DNA of 50,145 bases from a virus. Taxonomy: Duplodnaviria > Heunggongvirae > Uroviricota > Caudoviricetes. The stretch lies in the IMG/VR virus record IMGVR_UViG_2579778539_000003; one strand, 5' to 3'. Positions 43,891 to 50,145 of this stretch are shown here, piece by piece (positions within the stretch are counted from its first letter, which is position 1; each line of letters starts with the position of its first letter). The position numbers and the translations under genes are program-made. A model generated the notes under the pieces. It saw only the letters and a list, made by a program, of their open reading frames with translations. It did not search any database and had not been told where the DNA came from.

Positions 43891-44298
43891 ATGGAAACAA
43901 AAAATTTAACTATCGGCGAACGCATCAGGTATCGTCGGAAAAACCTCAAACACACCCAAAGGTCTCTTGCTAAAGCCCTGAAAATCTCCCATGTGTCTGT
44001 ATCACAATGGGAACGGGGTGATAGTGAACCTACAGGGAAGAACCTTTTTGCCCTCAGCAAAGTATTGCAATGCTCACCAACATGGATTCTATTTGGCGAT
44101 GAAGACAAGCAACCAACACCACCTGTTGAGAAGCCAGTTGCCTTATCCCCCAAAGAACTAGAGCTCCTTGAGCTGTTTAATGCACTGCCAGAATCAGAAC
44201 AGGATACCCAGCTCGCCGAAATGCGAGCTCGAGTAAAAAACTTCAATAAACTCTTTGAAGAATTACTAAAAGCCCGTCAGCGGACAAATAAAAGATAA
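43891..44298 (+). CDS. dicA: DicA (CI-like HTH repressor)
   Basis: 135-aa METKNLTIGERIRYRRKNLKHTQRSLAKALKISHVSVSQWERG... Confidence 0.9.
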   Translation: METKNLTIGERIRYRRKNLKHTQRSLAKALKISHVSVSQWERGDSEPTGKNLFALSKVLQCSPTWILFGDEDKQPTPPVEKPVALSPKELELLELFNALPESEQDTQLAEMRARVKNFNKLFEELLKARQRTNKR

Positions 44299-44464
44299 CA
44301 TCATCAATGAGTTATCTTTTACCACATCAATTATGTTAGCTATAGCATACAAAATCACTTGACCGATATGTTAGTCATGGCTAATCTTGTTTGCATCAAC
44401 ACACCGCACGGTGTTCTCAGCAAACAGTTCCGCTACCCCAGCGTTAAGGGGAAATGAGGTCAGC

Positions 44465-44620
44465 ATGGATACTATCGATCTTGGCAACAACGAATCTCTG
44501 GTGTACGGCGTGTTTCCAAACCAGGACGGCACGTTCACCGCAATGACGTATACCAAAAGCAAAACGTTTAAAACCGAAAATGGTGCCCGTCGCTGGCTGG
44601 AAAGAAACTCAGGTGAGTGA
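44465..44620 (+). CDS. ydfA: YdfA small protein
   Basis: 51-aa MDTIDLGNNESLVYGVFPNQDG...; GAGG RBS; ORF track extends upstream. Confidence 0.7.
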   Translation: MDTIDLGNNESLVYGVFPNQDGTFTAMTYTKSKTFKTENGARRWLERNSGE

Positions 44621-44621
44621 T

Positions 44622-44750
44622 ATGGATTTCGACACAATCATGGAAAAGGCTTACGAAGAATACTTCGAAGGCCTTGCCGAAGGCGAAGAAGCTCTCAGCT
44701 TCAGTGAGTTTAAACAGGCGCTTTCCAGTTCGGCAAAATCTAACGGCTGA
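44622..44750 (+). CDS. ydfB: YdfB small protein
   Basis: 42-aa MDFDTIMEKAYEEYFEGLAEGEEALSFSEFKQALSSSAKSNG; 1 nt after ydfA stop; not in ORF track. Confidence 0.65.
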   Translation: MDFDTIMEKAYEEYFEGLAEGEEALSFSEFKQALSSSAKSNG

Positions 44751-44779
44751 TAAGCGAAACAGCACCGCGAGGAATCAGT

Positions 44780-44998
44780 ATGCAGAAACGAGAACCCGTC
44801 ATCATCGCGCCAGACTATACCGATGATGAACTTTATGAGTGGATGCGCCAGAAAATTAATGCAGCGCAGGATCTGAAATGGGCTAATGAAGCCAGGGCTA
44901 AGCAGGCTGAAAATCTGTCCGCTCTGGAGCAGGATATCACCAATCTGGAAAAAGCAGCGGCATTAAGCATTGCCAGAATGATTACATACCCGCGTTAG
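44780..44998 (+). CDS. ydfC: YdfC small protein
   Basis: 72-aa MQKREPVIIAPDYTDDELYEWMRQKIN... Confidence 0.7.
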   Translation: MQKREPVIIAPDYTDDELYEWMRQKINAAQDLKWANEARAKQAENLSALEQDITNLEKAAALSIARMITYPR

Positions 44999-45337
44999 TA
45001 GCTAATCAACAAAGCTAAGGTTAGTAATTAAGGAGTTCTCCACGGGTGAGGTGGAGTGCGTGCGCCGGACACGGGTGCGCATCCGGAACTGACAGTTTAC
45101 TGAAAGGATATTTCCCTGAAAAGTCAGACCATAACGCGAAAGCGCACGGCGAGGTAGCTGGTTCATAGATAGCCTGTCGTTAAATTTTCGTCGACCGTGC
45201 GCTTCCGGTTGTGGCAACCCGCGAAATGGCGCGGCGGTAAGTATGGCGGGGTTATTCCTTCCCCGTTGAGGACACCGGGTTGTCAGGTTGACCATACGCT
45301 TAAGTGACAACCCCGCTGCAACGCCCTCTGTTATCAA

Positions 45338-45396
45338 TTTTCTGGTGACGTTTGGCGGTATCAGTTTTACTCCGTGACTGCTCTGCCGCCCTTTTT
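45338..45396 (+). ncRNA. dicF: DicF sRNA (ftsZ-targeting, processed from the ydfABC-dicF-dicB transcript); ends approximate
   Basis: TTTCTGGTGACGTTTGGCGGTATCAGTTTTACTCCGTGACTGCTCTGCCGCCCTTTTT matches DicF including the terminator hairpin GGCGG...CCGCC plus T-run. Confidence 0.75.
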
Positions 45397-45565
45397 AAAG
45401 TGAATTTTGTGATGTGGTGAATGCGGCTGAGCGCACGCGGAACAGTTAAAACCAAAAACAGTGTTATGGGTGGATTCTCTGTATCCGGCGTTAATTGTTA
45501 ACTGGTTAACGTCACCTGGAGGCACCAGGCACTGCATCACAAAATTCATTGTTGAGGACGCGATA

Positions 45566-45754
45566 ATGAAAACGTTATTACCAAACGTTAATACGTCTGA
45601 AGGTTGTTTTGAAATTGGTGTCACTATCAGTAACCCAGTATTTACTGAAGATGCCATTAACAAGAGAAAACAAGAACGGGAGCTATTAAATAAAATATGC
45701 ATTGTTTCAATGCTGGCTCGTTTACGTCTGATGCCAAAAGGATGTGCACAATGA
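45566..45754 (+). CDS. dicB: DicB cell-division inhibitor
   Basis: 62-aa MKTLLPNVNTSEGCFEIGVTISNPVF...; GAGGA RBS. Confidence 0.85.
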   Translation: MKTLLPNVNTSEGCFEIGVTISNPVFTEDAINKRKQERELLNKICIVSMLARLRLMPKGCAQ

Positions 45755-45942
45755 ATTCAGCATTTGTGCTTGTTCTGACAGTTTTTCTTGTTTCCGGAGA
45801 GCCAGTTGATATTGCAGTCAGTGTTCACAGGACAATGCAGGAGTGTATGACTGCAGCAACCGAACAGAAAATTCCCGGTAACTGTTACCCGGTCGATAAA
45901 GTTATTCACCAGGATAATATCGAAATCCCGGCAGGTCTTTAA
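45751..45942 (+). CDS. ydfD: YdfD small membrane (lysis-associated) protein
   Basis: 63-aa MNSAFVLVLTVFLVSGEPVD...; ATGA overlap with dicB stop. Confidence 0.75.
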   Translation: MNSAFVLVLTVFLVSGEPVDIAVSVHRTMQECMTAATEQKIPGNCYPVDKVIHQDNIEIPAGL

Positions 45943-46034
45943 AACAGTTCCGTAATAAATATCCGGTTTCATTCTTATATGCCAGCAATGGCAGGGATTT
46001 GTTCATCCTTAAATCTGTCATGAGGTTAAAACAA

Positions 46035-48506
46035 ATGAGTAAAGTCTTTATTTGCGCCGCTATTCCTGACGAACTGGCAACAAGGGAAGAAGGCGCTGTG
46101 GCTGTAGCCACAGCCATTGAAGCTGGCGACGAACGCCGTGCTCGAGCAAAATTTCACTGGCAATTCCTGGAACATTATCCGGCTGCTCAGGACTGCGCTT
46201 ATAAATTTATTGTCTGCGAGGATAAACCTGGCATACCCCGCCCTGCCCTCGATTCATGGGATGCTGAATATATGCAGGAAAACCGCTGGGATGAGGAGTC
46301 TGCTTCTTTTGTCCCGGTTGAGACTGAATCCGATCCGATGAACGTCACTTTTGACAAGCTGGCCCCTGAAGTACAGAACGCTGTCATGGTTAAGTTCGAC
46401 ACATGTGAAAACATCACCGTTGATATGGTTATTAGCGCACAGGAATTGTTGCAGGAAGACATGGCAACATTCGACGGACATATCGTTGAAGCGTTGATGA
46501 AAATGCCAGAAGTTAACGCCATGTATCCGGAGCTTAAGTTGCACGCCATTGGGTGGGTTAAGCATAAATGTATTCCTGGTGCTAAATGGCCCGAAATTCA
46601 GGCAGAGATGCGCATCTGGAAAAAACGTCGCGAAGGTGAACGCAAGGAAACCGGAAAATACACGTCTGTTGTTGATCTCGCCCGCGCCAGAGCCAATCAA
46701 CAGTACACTGAAAATTCAACAGGAAAAATCAGCCCGGTCATTGCTGCCATTCATCGCGAATACAAGCAGACATGGAAAACACTGGATGACGAACTGGCCT
46801 ACGCTCTCTGGCCTAGTGATGTGGATGCCGGAAACATTGACGGCAGCATCCATCGCTGGGCAAAAAAAGAAGTTATCGACAACGACCGCGAAGACTGGAA
46901 GCGTATCTCGGCATCAATGCGCAAACAGCCTGATGCCCTTCACTACGACCGCCAAACTATTTTTGGCCTTGTCCGTGAGCGTCCGATCGACATTCACAAA
47001 GATCCCGTAGCACTGAACAAATATATCTGCGAATACCTGACGACAAAGGGCGTGTTTGAGAATGAAGAAACAGACCTGGGCACTGTTGATGTTCTCCAGT
47101 CATCAGAAACACAAACTGATGCAGTGGAAACTGAGGTATCTGATATCCCAAAAAATGAAACCGCGCCGGAAGCTGAACCATCTGTAGAGCGTGAGGGGCC
47201 GTTCTATTTCCTCTTCGCAGATAAGGACGGAGAAAAATACGGTCGCGCAAACAAACTCTCTGGTCTGGATAAGGCACTGGCTGCTGGCGCCACTGAAATC
47301 ACAAAAGAAGAATATTTTGCCCGAAAAAATGGCACATACACGGGCTTACCGCAAAATGTAGATACCGCTGAAGATTCAGAACAACCAGAGCCGATAAAAG
47401 TTACCGCTGACGAAGTAAACAAAATTATGCAGGCAGCCAATATCAGCCAGCCTGACGCCGATAAGTTGCTTGCTGCATCACGTGGTGAATTTGTTGAAGG
47501 GATTAGTGACCCGAATGATCCGAAATGGGTTAAGGGGCTCCAGACCCGCGATTCTGTGAACCAGAACCAGCATGAATCGGAACGGAACTACCAAAAAGCG
47601 GAACAAAACAGTCCAAATGCGTTACAAAACGAGCCAGAAACGAAACAGCCTGAACCAGTAGCGCAACAGGAAGTGGAAAAAGTCTGCACCGCCTGCGGTC
47701 AGACCGGCGGCGGCAACTGCCCTGATTGTGGCGCGGTGATGGGCGACGCAACATACCAAGAAACATTCGATGAAGAGTATCAGGTTGAAGTTCAGGAAGA
47801 TGATCCGGAGGAAATGGAAGGCGCTGAACATCCACACAAGGAGAACACTGGCGGCAATCAGCATCACAATAGCGATAATGAAACTGGCGAGACGGCAGAT
47901 CACCCAATTAAGGTGAACGGTCATCACGAAATCACATCCACCAGCAGGACGTGTGACCATCTAATGATCGACCTTGAAACCATGGGAAAAAATCCTGATG
48001 CCCCGATCATCTCAATAGGTGCAATATTTTTCGATCCGCAAACCGGAGATATGGGACCGGAATTTAGTAAGACTATCGATCTGGAAACTGCTGGCGGAGT
48101 CATTGATCGGGACACCATTAAATGGTGGCTTAAGCAATCACGCGAAGCGCAATCTGCCATTATGACCGATGAAATCCCGTTAGATGATGCACTGTTACAA
48201 TTGCGAGAATTTATCGACGAAAACTCCGGTGAATTTTTTGTTCAGGTTTGGGGAAATGGAGCCAACTTCGACAACACGATTTTGCGCCGTTCATACGAAC
48301 GGCAGGGGATCCCCTGCCCGTGGCGTTACTACAACGATCGCGATGTACGCACAATCGTTGAGCTGGGGAAAGCCATAGACTTCGATGCCAGAACGGCTAT
48401 TCCATTCGAAGGTGAGCGCCATAATGCACTTGATGACGCCCGTTACCAGGCAAAATACGTTTCAGTTATCTGGCAAAAACTGATCCCGAGTCAGGCTGAT
48501 TCTTAA
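46035..48506 (+). CDS. ydfE: Large multi-domain protein with C-terminal DnaQ-like DEDDh 3'-5' exonuclease domain (intact YdfE-like)
   Basis: 823 aa from MSKVFICAA...; Exo I DLETMG, Exo II WGNGANFD, Exo III HNALDDARYQAKY; CxxC...CxxC zinc ribbon and His-rich acidic linker. Confidence 0.8.
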   Translation: MSKVFICAAIPDELATREEGAVAVATAIEAGDERRARAKFHWQFLEHYPAAQDCAYKFIVCEDKPGIPRPALDSWDAEYMQENRWDEESASFVPVETESDPMNVTFDKLAPEVQNAVMVKFDTCENITVDMVISAQELLQEDMATFDGHIVEALMKMPEVNAMYPELKLHAIGWVKHKCIPGAKWPEIQAEMRIWKKRREGERKETGKYTSVVDLARARANQQYTENSTGKISPVIAAIHREYKQTWKTLDDELAYALWPSDVDAGNIDGSIHRWAKKEVIDNDREDWKRISASMRKQPDALHYDRQTIFGLVRERPIDIHKDPVALNKYICEYLTTKGVFENEETDLGTVDVLQSSETQTDAVETEVSDIPKNETAPEAEPSVEREGPFYFLFADKDGEKYGRANKLSGLDKALAAGATEITKEEYFARKNGTYTGLPQNVDTAEDSEQPEPIKVTADEVNKIMQAANISQPDADKLLAASRGEFVEGISDPNDPKWVKGLQTRDSVNQNQHESERNYQKAEQNSPNALQNEPETKQPEPVAQQEVEKVCTACGQTGGGNCPDCGAVMGDATYQETFDEEYQVEVQEDDPEEMEGAEHPHKENTGGNQHHNSDNETGETADHPIKVNGHHEITSTSRTCDHLMIDLETMGKNPDAPIISIGAIFFDPQTGDMGPEFSKTIDLETAGGVIDRDTIKWWLKQSREAQSAIMTDEIPLDDALLQLREFIDENSGEFFVQVWGNGANFDNTILRRSYERQGIPCPWRYYNDRDVRTIVELGKAIDFDARTAIPFEGERHNALDDARYQAKYVSVIWQKLIPSQADS

Positions 48507-48578
48507 TGTTCAACTGTCGCCGGTTGTGACTGGTATTCTGCAACCGGCGCTCGTCTGATGTAAGAGATAAAGAAATCG

Positions 48579-48830
48579 ATGAGCGAAGTAATCATGATTG
48601 TCTCTCCCGGCAAATGGGTATCCGAAGAGCAGTTAATTGCGCTGAAAGGAATAAAAAAAGGTACGTTAAAAAAGGCCCGGGAAAAATCGTTTATGGAAGG
48701 AAGGGAATATAAGCATGTCGCTCATGACGGTATGCCATGGGATAACAGTCCATGCTTTTACAACCTGGAAGAAATTGATCGCTGGATTGAGCGCCAGGCA
48801 TCAGCAAGACCAAGACGTCATCTTACTTGA
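48579..48830 (+). CDS. xis: Excisionase-like protein
   Basis: 83-aa ORF immediately upstream of integrase; winged-helix-like pattern. Confidence 0.6.
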   Translation: MSEVIMIVSPGKWVSEEQLIALKGIKKGTLKKAREKSFMEGREYKHVAHDGMPWDNSPCFYNLEEIDRWIERQASARPRRHLT

Positions 48831-48864
48831 CTAAAAGCCACACTAACTAATGAGAGAAGTTGAA

Positions 48865-50145
48865 ATGAAATATCCGACAGGCGTGGAAAACCATGGAGGG
48901 AAATTACGTATCTGGTTTGTTTATAAAGGCGTAAGAGTCAGGGAAAACCTGGGGGTTCCTGACACAGCAAAAAACAGGCGCGTTGCAGGTGAGCTACGCG
49001 CCTCTGTTTGTTACGCAATAAAAACTGGTGTTTTCGACTATGCAAAACAGTTTCCCTCCTCACGCAATCTGGAAAAATTTGGTGAGACTCGACAAGATTT
49101 AACCATAAAAGAACTGGCTGAAAAATTTCTGGCACTGAAAGAAACTGAAGTCGCAAAAACATCACTCAACACATACCGTGCCGTCATCAAAAATATCCTG
49201 AGCATAATCGGTGAAAAAAATCTTGCCTCATCGATTAATAAAGAAAAATTACTGGAGGTTCGTAAAGAGCTACTGACTGGATACCAGATCCCCAAAAGTA
49301 ACTATATTGTTACACAACCAGGGAGATCGGCTGTAACTGTAAATAATTACATGACAAATCTTAACGCCGTGTTCCAGTTTGGTGTTGATAACGGTTACCT
49401 GGCAGATAACCCGTTTAAGGGGATCTCGCCATTAAAGGAATCAAGAACCATTCCGGATCCTCTTTCGCGGGAGGAATTCATCCGTCTTATCGGTGCGTGC
49501 AGAAATCAGCAAGCCAAAAATTTATGGTGTGTTTCTGTTTATACTGGCGTTCGCCCTGGTGAGCTGTGTGCACTTGGATGGGAGGACATAGATCTGAAAA
49601 ATGGAACAATGATGATCAGGAGAAATTTAGCAAAAGACCGTTTCACGGTACCAAAAACACAGGCGGGAACCAATCGGGTCATTCATCTTATTAAGCCAGC
49701 AATCGACGCTCTCCGGAGTCAGATGACATTAACGAGACTGAGCAAAGAGCATATCATTGATGTTCACCTCAGAGAGTATGGCAGAACAGAAAAACATAAA
49801 TGCACCTTTGTTTTTCAACCTGAAGTGTCAGCGAGAGTAAAAAATTATGGTGACCATTTTACCGTTGACTCAATAAGGCAGATGTGGGACGCAGCGATAA
49901 AACGTGCCGGACTCCGCCATCGAAAATCATATCAGTCGAGACATACTTATGCCTGCTGGTCGCTGACAGCTGGTGCTAACCCGGCATTTATAGCAAACCA
50001 GATGGGCCATGCAGATGCGCAAATGGTATTTCAGGTATACGGAAAATGGATGTCTGAAAACAATAATGCACAGGTAGCTTTGTTAAATACACAGTTAAGC
50101 GAGTTTGCCCCAACCATGCCCCATAACGAAGCAATGAAAAATTAA
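48865..50145 (+). CDS. intQ: Tyrosine integrase (lambda Int family)
   Basis: 426 aa from MKYPTGVENHGGKLRIWF...; C-terminal R...HxxR...Y motifs (RHTYACWSL..VYGKW); GAGAG RBS; stop at window end. Confidence 0.9.
   Translation: MKYPTGVENHGGKLRIWFVYKGVRVRENLGVPDTAKNRRVAGELRASVCYAIKTGVFDYAKQFPSSRNLEKFGETRQDLTIKELAEKFLALKETEVAKTSLNTYRAVIKNILSIIGEKNLASSINKEKLLEVRKELLTGYQIPKSNYIVTQPGRSAVTVNNYMTNLNAVFQFGVDNGYLADNPFKGISPLKESRTIPDPLSREEFIRLIGACRNQQAKNLWCVSVYTGVRPGELCALGWEDIDLKNGTMMIRRNLAKDRFTVPKTQAGTNRVIHLIKPAIDALRSQMTLTRLSKEHIIDVHLREYGRTEKHKCTFVFQPEVSARVKNYGDHFTVDSIRQMWDAAIKRAGLRHRKSYQSRHTYACWSLTAGANPAFIANQMGHADAQMVFQVYGKWMSENNNAQVALLNTQLSEFAPTMPHNEAMKN

Noticed and set aside
45002-45337. 111-codon minus-strand ORF between ydfC and dicF
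   Set aside because: Arg-rich, falls in the GC-rich structured RNA tract upstream of dicF; more likely noncoding.

Overview
The window holds the 3' part of a host MFS transporter gene (ydfJ-like, 1-1284, minus strand) followed by about 49 kb of a lambdoid prophage that runs to the window edge. The prophage is a mosaic: (i) a right-end module with excisionase and tyrosine integrase (48.6-50.1 kb) and an early-left region matching the E. coli K-12 Qin/Kim prophage (dicA/dicC switch, ydfABC-dicF-dicB-ydfD, an intact 835-aa YdfE-like DEDDh exonuclease); (ii) a replication/nin region with an O-like initiator carrying internal ori iterons, a small MTase, and a decayed stretch interrupted by a DDE-transposase element; (iii) flxA, relBE-hokD, rem, ydfU, antiterminator Q; (iv) a lysis cassette (pinholin, SAR endolysin, Rz/Rz1) interleaved with three cold-shock genes (cspF, cspB, cspI) and small proteins; (v) ynfN-gnsB and ynfO-ydfO next to cos; (vi) a complete lambda-type virion module (Nu1, A, W, B, C/Nu3, D, E, FI, FII, Z, U, V, G/G-T, H, M, L, K, I, J, lom) with StfR-type side tail fibre, Tfa and Pin invertase; (vii) an IS1 copy with 9-bp target duplications near the ydfJ junction. 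The side tail fibre gene carries two inactivating lesions (in-frame amber plus a 1-nt deletion). No rRNA, tRNA or CRISPR array was recognised. I found no clear-cut undescribed multi-gene system; the best candidates for follow-up are the intact multi-domain exonuclease, the RHH+DUF1398 pair at cos, the overlapping MTase pair and a GC-rich structured region upstream of dicF. All homology statements are from memory of lambda and K-12 proteins, not from a database search.
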